Origin: an uncultured Flavobacteriales bacterium
GTDB lineage: Bacteria; Bacteroidota; Bacteroidia; Flavobacteriales; UBA7312
Length of the DNA: 55,183 bases
Direction of reading: 5' to 3'
Assembly: GCA_913041085.1 (NCBI GenBank)
Contig: CAJWHN010000003.1
Coordinates: 1 to 55,183 of the forward strand
The notes beneath the pieces were generated by a model. That model was not told where the DNA came from, made no database searches, and saw only the letters and a list, made by a program, of their open reading frames with translations. Position 1 is the stretch's first letter. Every line of letters starts with the position of its first letter. A program made the position numbers and the translations under genes. Shown one piece after another: positions 1 through 9,580 of the stretch.

Positions 1-2
1 TT

Positions 3-284
3 ACATTTGTTCTTCCGTTTAGTGGTCGTTTTCAATATTCGTTTGGTAGCGCTATATTGTTTGAATACGCTCACAAACTAAACAACAGATCCGAATCTGC
101 GCTTGACAACCCTTTTTCTTTAGGGTTTGAATTTGGTACAGCAGGACACGTATTTCAGGTGTTTATGAGCAATAGTTATTATTTAAGAGAAGCTAATATT
201 TACACTCTTGAGCCTTATGATTTTTATCAGGGTCCAAATGAGTTTGTGTTGGGTTTTAATATTCGTAGAGTATGGTGGTTTTAA
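3..284 (+). CDS. DUF5777-like outer-membrane beta-barrel protein, C-terminal part (5' end outside window)
   Basis: Frame is open from the window start; C-terminal LGFEFGTAGHVFQVFMSNS...FVLGFNIRRVWWF resembles the G-x-D/E-x-x-T-x-GHVFQ...GFNIxRxF end of DUF5777 barrels. Confidence 0.65.
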   Translation, partial: TFVLPFSGRFQYSFGSAILFEYAHKLNNRSESALDNPFSLGFEFGTAGHVFQVFMSNSYYLREANIYTLEPYDFYQGPNEFVLGFNIRRVWWF

Positions 285-295
285 GTGTAAAAAAC

Positions 296-1078
296 ATGAA
301 AGGATTAGTGTTAATTCTTTTGTTAACAGCGGGGATTCTAGCTTCTTGTAGTAAAGACCGTTTGATTGATGTTGAGCCATACGTATATCCTACGGAGTAT
401 TGGAAAAAAGATTCTTTAGTTTACAACCTGTTGTTAGACACTACAGTTCTGAACCAGCAAGTAACGCCTTACGGTATATCATCTCCCGATACTTTGAGTT
501 TGTTTTATGAAACACAAGAATATACTCTTACTTTTTTAGAAGAAAGTAAAAACAGTGTGTTTGTTGGGACTACTAATGGGGTGTTTGAGTTTGTGTTAGA
601 CTCCTTGTTTTTATATAGTAGTCAGGACACTTTGAGACAAAAAGTGGTTGTTAAAGAAGATTCGTTAATGGTTTTGGAATACACCCTGGTGAGCGGCAGC
701 TATATTAGGGTTTACAGAGATTATTATCGCCTTTTAGATATAAGTGCTGAGGCGCCTTTAGTTAGCTTTCTAAACGACATCTATAATCCTATTTTCTACA
801 ACAACGGTGAGGGAAGGTGTATGCCCTGTCATAATTCTGATGGTGGACAAATAAGACTTGCCCCAGCTAATGTTGCTTACGAAAACCTTATTAATGGAGT
901 AAGCAAAAACGACGGTGGGGTGGGTTATATCAACAGTCTACAACCTGAAGAAAGCTATTTGTACCGCTTGGTAGCAGATGAAGATGTTGAATATTTGATG
1001 CCTCCAAACAACGCTCTTACCCCTTTTGAAGTACAAACCATTTTGACTTGGATAAGCCAGGGGGCTCAAGAGAATTAG
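296..1078 (+). CDS. Lipoprotein with C-terminal c-type cytochrome domain (planctomycete cytochrome c-like)
   Basis: ATG at 296 gives MKGLVLILLLTAGILAS-C lipobox; CMPCH heme-binding motif, PEESYLY, MPP distal Met, ends WISQGAQEN. Confidence 0.8.
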   Translation: MKGLVLILLLTAGILASCSKDRLIDVEPYVYPTEYWKKDSLVYNLLLDTTVLNQQVTPYGISSPDTLSLFYETQEYTLTFLEESKNSVFVGTTNGVFEFVLDSLFLYSSQDTLRQKVVVKEDSLMVLEYTLVSGSYIRVYRDYYRLLDISAEAPLVSFLNDIYNPIFYNNGEGRCMPCHNSDGGQIRLAPANVAYENLINGVSKNDGGVGYINSLQPEESYLYRLVADEDVEYLMPPNNALTPFEVQTILTWISQGAQEN

Positions 1079-1109
1079 AGCTGAATTTTCTATTGGCTCT
1101 TATTTTTTG

Positions 1110-1117
1110 TATTTTTG
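1110..1117 (+). promoter_or_regulatory. Bacteroidota sigma70 -7 element upstream of the lysyl oxidase gene
   Basis: TATTTTTG matches TAnnTTTG, ending 34 nt before ATG 1151. Confidence 0.5.
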
Positions 1118-1150
1118 TACCCTTAAATTAACTAAATTAACAATTCAATT

Positions 1151-3343
1151 ATGAACAAGTTTTACGCCTTATTTTTTGCTTTTTTCGTTGGTATTAGTTT
1201 TTCTTATGCTCAATGCACAACCGAAAACTCTATTGGTTGTGAGTGTAAAGACTCTGATGAAATAGCTTGTGATTTATTACCTGACATTACTGTTTCTTGG
1301 CAATGGGGTATAGGTGACTATGAAGAGTTTCCTCCTGGTGAAGGTTTGCAAAGCGGTGAGATTAACTATCCTGACAACTGGTTTGAAATAACCCCAGAAG
1401 TTGAAGCTATGGGTAGAATAAGAGTGGGTGCAAGAACACCAAATATTGGTTCTGGTCCGCTAAATTTAAGAGGTGCTGACAAAGACGGATATAGATGGAT
1501 GATTTGCTACGATAGTGGTGTTGCTGACACCTTTTCAGTTTATGATCCTGATTGGAATGAAGAAAGCTATTGCCCTGACGGCAGTACACCTAAACACATT
1601 TCTATACAAAGAGTATATCAGAAAAAAGCTGATGGAAGTATGGGTTTTTATGAAGTTATGGTAGGGACAATGGAATATCACCCTACGCACGGTCACATGC
1701 ACTTTAATGAATGGACAATAATGTCTTTGCGTATTCCTGACCCCAACAATATGGAAAATCCTCTAGAATGGGAGGTTGTCGGCGATGGTGCAAAAGTTGG
1801 TTTTTGTGTAATGGACCTTGGAAATTGTAGTAGTGAAAATGCTGGTTGTAGAGACGATGAATCTGTTTATAATGAGGGAACACTTCTTTCACAAGACGAC
1901 TTTCCTAACTATGGTCTTGGTGGTGGCGGATATGGTTGTAGCCCTATTTCACAAGGTATTTCTGTAGGATATAACGATACTTACGGTTCGTATTTAGATG
2001 GTATGTTTTTGAATATTCCACTAGGCACTTGTAATGGAGATTATGCTGTTGTATTAGAGGTTCCTCAAGTGATGCTTGAAGAGCGTTTGGATAATAATTT
2101 TACTTGGTTTCCAGTAACTTTAACGCAACAAACTGGAGTGCCAAGTGTGCCAGAAATTACAAGCTCTGCTACTAACTTGGTTTGTGAGGGGGATAACATT
2201 TCTTTGTCCATAGACGCTCCTGATAACACAACTTTGTTGTGGTCAGATGGAAGCACGTCTGAGTCTATTGAAATTAATCAAGCTGGAACGTATTCAGTTA
2301 CAGTAACTAGCGAAGACTTTAGCTGTCCTACCACAAAAAACATTGTTGTTTCTACTATTAGCAACCCTAGTTTAGAGTCGGTAACTGTTTGTAAAAACGA
2401 AAACGCTGAACTAAGCGTAGAGTCAGAATACGATGTTACTTGGTACGATGAAAGTATGAATGTTGTGGGTTTAGGTCTTAACTTCACTACACCTATATTA
2501 AACGAAAGTGTTAACTATTATGTCACTAGTAGTTTTTCAGATAATAATGTGGGTCCTGAGCAACATGAGGGGGAGTCAAATTATAGTGGGGGTTCAAATG
2601 CTATTGGTTTCCTTTCTTTTGATGCTTTAAGCTCATTTACTTTAGAAAGCATAAGTGTTTATACAGAAGAGCCTGCTGAAAGAAAATTTATACTAATGAA
2701 TGAGGCCGGTGAGCTTATCGCTGAACATACTGAGTTTATCGGTTTTTGTGCTGATGATCCTCAGGTGGTAGAGTTAAATTTTGAGGTTCCTGCTGGAACA
2801 AATTATCAAATTGGCACAGATGCTGAGATTAATGTAAGTAGTGTTGGGGGAGAAAATCCACAGTTAAAAAGAACAGGTACAAATGGTGGTTTGTCGTACC
2901 CTTATGTATTAGATGGAAAGGTTTCTATTAATAAAGCTGTTTATTACGGTCAAGGCATGGATGATAGTGGTGGTGATGATTATACAACTTACTACTACTA
3001 CTTATATAACTGGGTAATTGCTGGTGAGCCTATTGAGTGTGACCCTGTTGTTTTTCCTATAACAGTAGAAGATTGTAGTTCTATAGATGAGGTTCTTGTA
3101 GATATGAGTGTATATCCTAACCCTACAGATGGGCTTGTTGCTATAAACCTAAGCCTAGAAACAGAAAGTAATGTGGAATTGATATTAAGCAACTCTATAG
3201 GTCAGGTGGTATATTATGAAAGCTTAGGAAGGTTGACTAAATTAGATAAGTCTTTTGATTGGTCAATGCTACCAAAAGGCGTTTACACCATAAGCTTTAA
3301 TATAAATAATCAGAAAACGTTTGAAAAGATTGTCCTTCAATAA
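1151..3343 (+). CDS. Secreted lysyl oxidase (LOX)-domain protein with Ig-like repeats and T9SS type A C-terminal sorting domain
   Basis: Signal peptide; LOX motifs LPDI, NIGSGPL, YHPTHGHMHF (Cu His cluster), KVGFC (LTQ Lys), QGISVGYNDTY (LTQ Tyr), EERLDNN; C-terminal VYPNPT...GVYTI...KIVLQ. Confidence 0.85.
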   Translation: MNKFYALFFAFFVGISFSYAQCTTENSIGCECKDSDEIACDLLPDITVSWQWGIGDYEEFPPGEGLQSGEINYPDNWFEITPEVEAMGRIRVGARTPNIGSGPLNLRGADKDGYRWMICYDSGVADTFSVYDPDWNEESYCPDGSTPKHISIQRVYQKKADGSMGFYEVMVGTMEYHPTHGHMHFNEWTIMSLRIPDPNNMENPLEWEVVGDGAKVGFCVMDLGNCSSENAGCRDDESVYNEGTLLSQDDFPNYGLGGGGYGCSPISQGISVGYNDTYGSYLDGMFLNIPLGTCNGDYAVVLEVPQVMLEERLDNNFTWFPVTLTQQTGVPSVPEITSSATNLVCEGDNISLSIDAPDNTTLLWSDGSTSESIEINQAGTYSVTVTSEDFSCPTTKNIVVSTISNPSLESVTVCKNENAELSVESEYDVTWYDESMNVVGLGLNFTTPILNESVNYYVTSSFSDNNVGPEQHEGESNYSGGSNAIGFLSFDALSSFTLESISVYTEEPAERKFILMNEAGELIAEHTEFIGFCADDPQVVELNFEVPAGTNYQIGTDAEINVSSVGGENPQLKRTGTNGGLSYPYVLDGKVSINKAVYYGQGMDDSGGDDYTTYYYYLYNWVIAGEPIECDPVVFPITVEDCSSIDEVLVDMSVYPNPTDGLVAINLSLETESNVELILSNSIGQVVYYESLGRLTKLDKSFDWSMLPKGVYTISFNINNQKTFEKIVLQ

Positions 3344-4505
3344 AACAATCCTCATATGGATAATGTTTCAATTAGGGCCCTTAGGGGCTCTTTTTGCGCA
3401 AGGTAATTGGCAAAGTTTCACTACAGAAAACACTATTCTGGTAGATAATCAAATCAATGATGTTCTAATTGTTGATGGCGTAAAATGGATAGGCACAAAT
3501 TGGGGTTTATATACTTACGACAACACCTCTTGGATAGATTATACCGATGTGCTTCCTCACCCTTTAGTAAACTCTATTTCAAAAGATAAAGAAGGAAATA
3601 TTTATGTTTGCACTTTAAGTGGTATGGCTATTTATAATGGGGGTTCGTGGGAAACTATTACCTCACAAAATAGTATTATTACTAATCATGTTAATGAGGT
3701 GGTTTTTGATGAGGACAACACAGCTTATATTGGCACTATTGATGGTTTGTTTAAAATGAGTGATGGTAATATTTCAATTGTCCTTGATTCATCTTCTTTA
3801 GAGCCAAGTTTTATAAATGTACGTTGCTTAACTTTTAAAGGCGATTCTTTATGTATTGGTACTGTTAATGGTGGTTTGGGTTATTTGTATAATGACTCTA
3901 TTGGTTGGTATAACGCTAATAATGGCTTAATAGATAATACATCTACAGATATATTAGTTGATAAGGAAAACCTATGGATAACCACTCCTTATGGGGGTTT
4001 AATATCACATTTATTAGATGGTAACTTTTTGATTTTTAATACTGGTTTTTTTAATGATTGGCCTAGCAACAGTTTAAATACTATATACAACGATGATGAC
4101 ATGTTTTATGTAGGTAGTAGTGGTGGTGGTTTTTTCTCTTTTAGCTATGAGTTTGGCGTTCAAAATACAAACACTTTCAATACTGAAAATAGTGGTTTAA
4201 TCAATGACTATGTTTTGTGTATAGAAAAAGATGAGTTAGGTTATTGGATTGGCACAGAAGGAGGGTTAGTATATTGGACTGATATATCAAGTGTAAATAA
4301 GTCTAATCACGTGAATAAACCAACTTATAATATATTTAATAATAGATTAACTTTTCCTTTTAAAGGTGATATAACCGTTTATTCCTTAGATGGAAAGCGT
4401 GTTTTTTCTGCTTATAACAAATCTAGTGTAAATTTATCTTTTCTTACTAGAGGTAGTTATATTTCTGATTTTAACAACAGCCGTTCTGTCTTAATTCTTA
4501 ATTAA
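3321..4505 (+). CDS. Secreted beta-propeller protein (two-component-regulator propeller repeats) with probable T9SS C-terminal domain
   Basis: Repeated WIGT-x-GL and NSGL-x-N-x-V blades; tail ITVYSLDGKRV...GSYI; TTG start overlaps the LOX gene end. Confidence 0.7.
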   Translation: MKRLSFNKTILIWIMFQLGPLGALFAQGNWQSFTTENTILVDNQINDVLIVDGVKWIGTNWGLYTYDNTSWIDYTDVLPHPLVNSISKDKEGNIYVCTLSGMAIYNGGSWETITSQNSIITNHVNEVVFDEDNTAYIGTIDGLFKMSDGNISIVLDSSSLEPSFINVRCLTFKGDSLCIGTVNGGLGYLYNDSIGWYNANNGLIDNTSTDILVDKENLWITTPYGGLISHLLDGNFLIFNTGFFNDWPSNSLNTIYNDDDMFYVGSSGGGFFSFSYEFGVQNTNTFNTENSGLINDYVLCIEKDELGYWIGTEGGLVYWTDISSVNKSNHVNKPTYNIFNNRLTFPFKGDITVYSLDGKRVFSAYNKSSVNLSFLTRGSYISDFNNSRSVLILN

Positions 4506-5542
4506 TCAATATTTAGCTTTGGTCTTTCATCTCTATTAGCCAACTCCCAAGCTGTTAAGAATATATATCTACTTATTTTTTCAACTTTTGGAAAGTGTAT
4601 TTTATCGATAGTATCTGACGGTTTGTGATAGTCAGCGTGTACACCATTAAAATAAAATATTACAGGAATATTATTCTTAGCAAAGTTATAATGGTCTGAA
4701 CGATAATAATATCTATTAGGATCGTCTTCTTCGTTATATTTATAGTCCAACTCTAGATTAATGTATTTATCATTTATCGCTTCGCTAATATCATGCAGTT
4801 CTGTGCTTAATCTATCCGAACCAATTAAATAAATATAATTTGGATTGTCGTTATAGCTATCTATTCTACCTATCATGTCGACATTTAAATTTGCTATAGT
4901 ATTTTCTAAAGGATATATGGGGTTTTCAGCATAGTATTTAGAGCCTAATAAGCCTTTTTCTTCAGCAGAAACAGGCATAATAAGTATGCTTCGTCTTGGT
5001 CCTTTACCTTCCTTTTTTGCTAACATAAAAGCTTCTGCTATTTCCATAATAGCTACAGTACCCGAACCGTTATCATCTGCACCATTATAAATCAAAGAGT
5101 CTTTAATGCCTAAGTGATCATAATGTGCTGTAATAACTACTATTTCATCTTTTAAATCACTTCCTTCAATAAAGCCAATAATATTTTCTCCTCTGATATA
5201 ATTATTATTAAGCATCTTTTCTAAAAGACCGTTTTTATCCCACTTCCATTTACCATAACGTTTTACTGTTTTGACTTTAAATTTTTGAAAATAGGAATTG
5301 TATTTATAGGGTGGTATGCCTATTTCTTTAAAAAAGTTAGCAATATAATTGGCCGCCATTTTCTGACCTGGCTTACCTGTTTCTCTACCTTGTAAAGAAT
5401 CTCCAGCTAATATGGTTATGTGTTTTTGTAAGTCTTCAACAACTATAGTATTAGCATATTTAAGCTTAGGTTTAGTCTCTGACCAAGTGCTTACTTGAGC
5501 AAATAACCCTAAAGGGAATAATAGTAGTAATATTTTTTTCAT
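4502..5542 (-). CDS. M28 family metallopeptidase
   Basis: AHYDHLG, NGADDNGSG, SAEEKGLLGS, NVDMIGR, RSDH, HADYHKPSD motifs; signal peptide. Confidence 0.92.
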   Translation of the reverse strand: MKKILLLLFPLGLFAQVSTWSETKPKLKYANTIVVEDLQKHITILAGDSLQGRETGKPGQKMAANYIANFFKEIGIPPYKYNSYFQKFKVKTVKRYGKWKWDKNGLLEKMLNNNYIRGENIIGFIEGSDLKDEIVVITAHYDHLGIKDSLIYNGADDNGSGTVAIMEIAEAFMLAKKEGKGPRRSILIMPVSAEEKGLLGSKYYAENPIYPLENTIANLNVDMIGRIDSYNDNPNYIYLIGSDRLSTELHDISEAINDKYINLELDYKYNEEDDPNRYYYRSDHYNFAKNNIPVIFYFNGVHADYHKPSDTIDKIHFPKVEKISRYIFLTAWELANRDERPKLNID

Positions 5543-5547
5543 GATAC

Positions 5548-5982
5548 TTAACAGCTTATTTTATCAACTCTTCTTTGATGTCTTCCACCTTCAAAATCTG
5601 TATTTAAAAAAACATCTATTATTGAAAGTGCTTTTTCTAAACTGATGAAACGTGCTGGCATAGTGCATACATTAGCATCGTTATGTAATCGTGCTAATTC
5701 AGCAATTTCAACCTCCCAACATAAGGCTGAACGAATAGATTGATGTTTATTAGCACTCATATTTATTCCGTTACCACTGCCACAAAATTGAATTCCTAAG
5801 TCATTGGAGCCATCATCAATAGACTGAGCTAATTGATGAGCAAAATCTGGATAATCTACACTATCTGTACTAAAACAACCGTAATCCGTTACAGTATAAC
5901 CTTTACTTTTTAAATGTGATATTACGTTCTCTTTGAAGTCAAAACCTGCATGGTCACATGCTATACCTATATTTTTACTCAT
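5548..5982 (-). CDS. rpiB: Ribose-5-phosphate isomerase B
   Basis: DHAGF, DYPD, CGSGNG, ARLHNDAN, FEGGRHQRR. Confidence 0.95.
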   Translation of the reverse strand: MSKNIGIACDHAGFDFKENVISHLKSKGYTVTDYGCFSTDSVDYPDFAHQLAQSIDDGSNDLGIQFCGSGNGINMSANKHQSIRSALCWEVEIAELARLHNDANVCTMPARFISLEKALSIIDVFLNTDFEGGRHQRRVDKISC

Positions 5983-6433
5983 TTGATAGTAATGTTTATA
6001 AGGGTTAATAATTATATTAATTTATCATAAAGCTTATTAACAAACAAAACTCATTTTTTGTTAATTACAGTTAAAAACTTTAATAAATTTTTGTTGACTT
6101 TTCAATATTTGTTTTGCTTTCATTTTTTTTAGCATTTCTACTAATTTTTAACCCTATTTTGATAAAAAAATATTAAGATACTATTAACATAAAATACATT
6201 TTTTAAAGCTCTTTTTTTTCAAAATTAAATTGTTAGTCAAGCTTTAATATTCTTAATATATAATGTTAATAATAATATAAACTCTTGATTATCTTATAAT
6301 TAAAATTCATAAAGAAGTTAATTGATTGTTAGTATCCATTAATAATTAAGATTAAATAGTTTTATTAAAAATAATTATAAACTTAATTAACAGCCTATAT
6401 ATAAATACATATTATTATTAATAATTAAAAATA
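5983..6433. other. Candidate chromosomal replication origin (AT-rich spacer with repeated DnaA-box-like 9-mers and DUE-like end)
   Basis: TTATTAACA 6034-6042, TGTTAATAA 6264-6272 and 1-mismatch copies at 5993, 6003, 6059, 6181, 6384; last copy followed by GCC and (TAT)3(TAA)2 at 6410-6424; strand skew appears to switch near here. Confidence 0.5.
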
Positions 6434-8554
6434 TTATATATTTATTATAACCATATCAATTTCTCTTTTTTCAATATCTACTTTTCTAATTTTTACTTTT
6501 AATAAATCTCCTAAAGTAAGTGTTCTTTTGGTTTGACTTCCGTACACACAATAATTTTTTTCGTCGTATATGTAGAAATCTCCTGGTATGTTTTTTAGTC
6601 TTATCAGGCCTTCGCAAGCGGTATTTTTAACTTCTACAAAAATTCCAAAATCTGTAACTCCAGATATTATTCCATCAAACGTATGACCTACAAATTGAGA
6701 TATGTATTTGGTTTGCATATATTTTATAGAATCTCTTTCAGCTTTAGAAGCTATAATCTCCATTTCAGAAGAATGTTTACACTGTTTTTCAATTTTAGTT
6801 TTATTAAAGCTTTTACCGCCATCTAAATAATGTTGTAGAAGACGATGTACCATAACATCAGGATAACGTCGTATTGGCGAGGTAAAGTGGGTGTAGTGAT
6901 TAAATGCTAAACCATAATGACCTATGTTTTCTGTAGTATATACCGCTTTTGCCATAGTTCTTATAGACAAAGTTTCTATCATATTTGCCTCTTGAGTTCC
7001 TTGAACGTCTTTTAATACTTTGTTCATGGATTGAGCAATTGTTTTTTTATTTTCAGTTTGTAAGTTATATCCAAACTTCTTTAAGAATATACTTAATACA
7101 TCAAGTTTATCAGGATCTGGACTATCATGAATTCTATAAACAAAAGTTAAAGATTGTTTTCCAATATATTCAGCAACTTTTCTATTTGCCAAAAGCATAA
7201 ATTCTTCTATTAATTTATGAGCATCTTTACTTTCTTTAAAGTAAATAGAAATAGGATTACCTTCTTCATCAATTTTGAATTTTGTTTCTAATCTTTCAAA
7301 TGAAATAGCGCCACTTTTCATTCTTTGATTTCTTAAAATTTTAGCTAAGGAATCCAGTATTAAAAGTTCTTCTACGTATTTACCTTTTTTGGCAATTATA
7401 ACTTTTTGAGCATCTTCATAGGTAAAACGATGATTAGATAAAATAACAGTTCTTCCAAACCATTCATTACATACTTTAGCCGTTTCATCAAGTTCAAAAA
7501 CAGCCGAAAAACATAATTTTTCTTCATGAGGTCTTAATGAACATAAATTATTTGATAATACTTCTGGTAACATAGGAATTACTCTATCAACTAAATAAAC
7601 AGAGGTTGCTCTTTCTTGTGCTTCTTTATCAATATTATCATTTTTATTGATGTAATGAGAAACGTCTGCTATATGAATACCAACTTCCCAATTTCCATTT
7701 TTTAGTTGTTGAATTGATAGTGCATCATCAAAATCTTTAGCATCATAAGGATCAATAGTAAAAGTTGTAATATTTCTAAAATCACGTCTTTTTTTAATTT
7801 CATCAGATGTAATTTTTGAAGAAATATTTTTTGCAGCATCTTCTATATGCTTATCGAATTTATTATTGAAATTGTATTCAGCTAGAATTGAGTGAATTTC
7901 TGCTTGATGTTCTCCAGGATAGCCTAATATTTCTTTTAATTCAGCCGTTGGATTATTCTTTTTATCACCCCAATCTACAACATTCACTACAACTAATTGT
8001 CCATCTTTAATACTCTTAATTTCTTTAGCAGGTAGAAAAATATCGAAATGTATTTTTGGATTTGAAAGGAGTATAAAAGCATGATTTTTAGCGAGTTCAA
8101 CAACACCAACAAACTGTTCGGTATTATGTTTAATGACTTCAATAATTTCACCTTCTTTTTTACTCTTTTTAAAAGAAGGAAAAACAGAAACTTTTACTTT
8201 ATCACCACTAACAATATTTGATATGTATTTTCTATGTATAAAAATATCATAATCAAGATCAGCACAGATTACATAAGCATTTCCAGCACTATTTATATCT
8301 ATTATACCATCAACAATTATTGATTTACTTTTTAATTTATATTTCCCTCTAGAAACAGAAACAACTAAATCATGTTGTTCCATTTCCTCAAGCACAATTT
8401 GAATTAAGCGTTTGGTATTTTCATCTCCAACACCTATTTGTTTTGAAAGTTGTTTGTAATTAAAGGCTTTTCCTGGGTTTTTACGTATAATAGATGTAAT
8501 AAGAGATTTTAATGTGGATTTTTTAATATTTCTTTTTTTCTTTTTTCTACCCAT
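6434..8554 (-). CDS. rnr: Ribonuclease R
   Basis: TIDPYDAKDFDDALS, HIADVS, HFTSPIRRYPD, C-terminal S1 domain. Confidence 0.95.
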   Translation of the reverse strand: MGRKKKKRNIKKSTLKSLITSIIRKNPGKAFNYKQLSKQIGVGDENTKRLIQIVLEEMEQHDLVVSVSRGKYKLKSKSIIVDGIIDINSAGNAYVICADLDYDIFIHRKYISNIVSGDKVKVSVFPSFKKSKKEGEIIEVIKHNTEQFVGVVELAKNHAFILLSNPKIHFDIFLPAKEIKSIKDGQLVVVNVVDWGDKKNNPTAELKEILGYPGEHQAEIHSILAEYNFNNKFDKHIEDAAKNISSKITSDEIKKRRDFRNITTFTIDPYDAKDFDDALSIQQLKNGNWEVGIHIADVSHYINKNDNIDKEAQERATSVYLVDRVIPMLPEVLSNNLCSLRPHEEKLCFSAVFELDETAKVCNEWFGRTVILSNHRFTYEDAQKVIIAKKGKYVEELLILDSLAKILRNQRMKSGAISFERLETKFKIDEEGNPISIYFKESKDAHKLIEEFMLLANRKVAEYIGKQSLTFVYRIHDSPDPDKLDVLSIFLKKFGYNLQTENKKTIAQSMNKVLKDVQGTQEANMIETLSIRTMAKAVYTTENIGHYGLAFNHYTHFTSPIRRYPDVMVHRLLQHYLDGGKSFNKTKIEKQCKHSSEMEIIASKAERDSIKYMQTKYISQFVGHTFDGIISGVTDFGIFVEVKNTACEGLIRLKNIPGDFYIYDEKNYCVYGSQTKRTLTLGDLLKVKIRKVDIEKREIDMVIINI

Positions 8555-8594
8555 TCAACGAAAATATAAATTAAATGTGTTTAATTTGCTTAAC

Positions 8595-8761
8595 ATGAAA
8601 AGAGCTTTTCATTTTATTTTGTTAATAGTATTTTATCAGCTTGTGGATCACAATCTAAATCTACTTCAGTAGGGTGTGATACTAGTAAACAAGTCAAAAA
8701 AAATAAAACCAAACAAGGGTTGTTCAAAAAAGGAATATTACCAGCTAGTTCTAACCCTTAA
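8595..8761 (+). pseudogene. Small lipoprotein gene with a 1-nt frameshift (or sequencing error)
   Basis: MKRAFHFILLIVF in one frame joins LSACGSQSK...KQGLFKKGILPASSNP* in another if the T4 run at 8631-8634 had one more T. Confidence 0.4.
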
Positions 8762-8772
8762 AATTAAATCAG

Positions 8773-8958
8773 ATGTTTAAAGGAAAAAGTATAGGAATAT
8801 TATTTATAGTTTTAGGACTGATATTCTTATTGAATAATATCAATTTAATAGAGGTTTCTTTGGCAGAACTCATTAGAGTGTATTGGCCTGTAATACTTAT
8901 TTGGATAGGTGTAGACAAGCTACTTAGGAAATCTATAAATGAGGATAAAAAAGATTAA
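8773..8958 (+). CDS. Small LiaF/DUF5668-like membrane protein
   Basis: IGILFIVLGLIFLLNN...YWPVILIWIG pattern typical of LiaF-type TM hairpins. Confidence 0.75.
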   Translation: MFKGKSIGILFIVLGLIFLLNNINLIEVSLAELIRVYWPVILIWIGVDKLLRKSINEDKKD

Positions 8959-9577
8959 AGTCCTTTTGATATTTTAACTTTATCATTGCTTTTACTTCTT
9001 CAGAAAATTCATTTTTTTTGGCAGAACTCATATTAAGTTTTTGTAACTCCGACTCAATGTTTAAATGTTTACAAACGGTATTAAAATCAGCTTTTAAATT
9101 TTCCATTTTACCAATAAAATCCATAACAATATTATCGTTTTCATCACAAACAAAAGTATATTGAGGTTTGAAATGAACCCAATTCATAATTTCTTCCTTT
9201 TCTAAACCTTTTAAAACAAATTCATCAAAACTTGCAAATTCTTGTAAGTATGAATTAGAAAACTCTAGGTCTTGATTATTAATACCACCTTCCTTTAAAA
9301 AGGTATAAGCTGAAAATAGTCTGTCATAAGGATTTCTTACAAAACAAAACTTATATAAAGAATTAAAAACCTTTTCCCCATAATGTGATTTGTAAAAATC
9401 GACACTTCGATGACCCCATTTTACATCTCCAAAAAGAGAGTTTGAAATAGAAATTCCAGCGGTTTTAGGAATATGAAAAAACACACATTTTTTATCTAAA
9501 AAAAGAGATAAAATAGGGTTTGTTTCTTTTTCCTCAACACCTAAAAAGATTTTTATTTTATTGTAAAAAGAGCTCAC
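8933..9577 (-). CDS. Sulfotransferase family 2 protein
   Basis: FFHIPKTAGISI (5'-PSB), FVRNPYDRLFSAY (3'-PB), HFKPQ, YQKDF. Confidence 0.88.
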   Translation of the reverse strand: MSSFYNKIKIFLGVEEKETNPILSLFLDKKCVFFHIPKTAGISISNSLFGDVKWGHRSVDFYKSHYGEKVFNSLYKFCFVRNPYDRLFSAYTFLKEGGINNQDLEFSNSYLQEFASFDEFVLKGLEKEEIMNWVHFKPQYTFVCDENDNIVMDFIGKMENLKADFNTVCKHLNIESELQKLNMSSAKKNEFSEEVKAMIKLKYQKDFNLFYPHL

Positions 9578-9580
9578 TTT

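Noticed and set aside
6182-6209. dif-like site (minus strand GCTTTAAAAAA-TGTATT-TTATGTTAATA)
   Set aside because: The XerD-like arm matches TTATGTTAAAT at 9/11, but the XerC arm is poor and the region is extremely AT-rich. Kept only as the alternative (terminus) reading of this spacer.
8641-8653. TTGTGGATCACAA palindrome / DnaA-box-like TGTGGATCA
   Set aside because: Single occurrence, explained equally well by the Cys-Gly-Ser-Gln codons of the small lipoprotein frame
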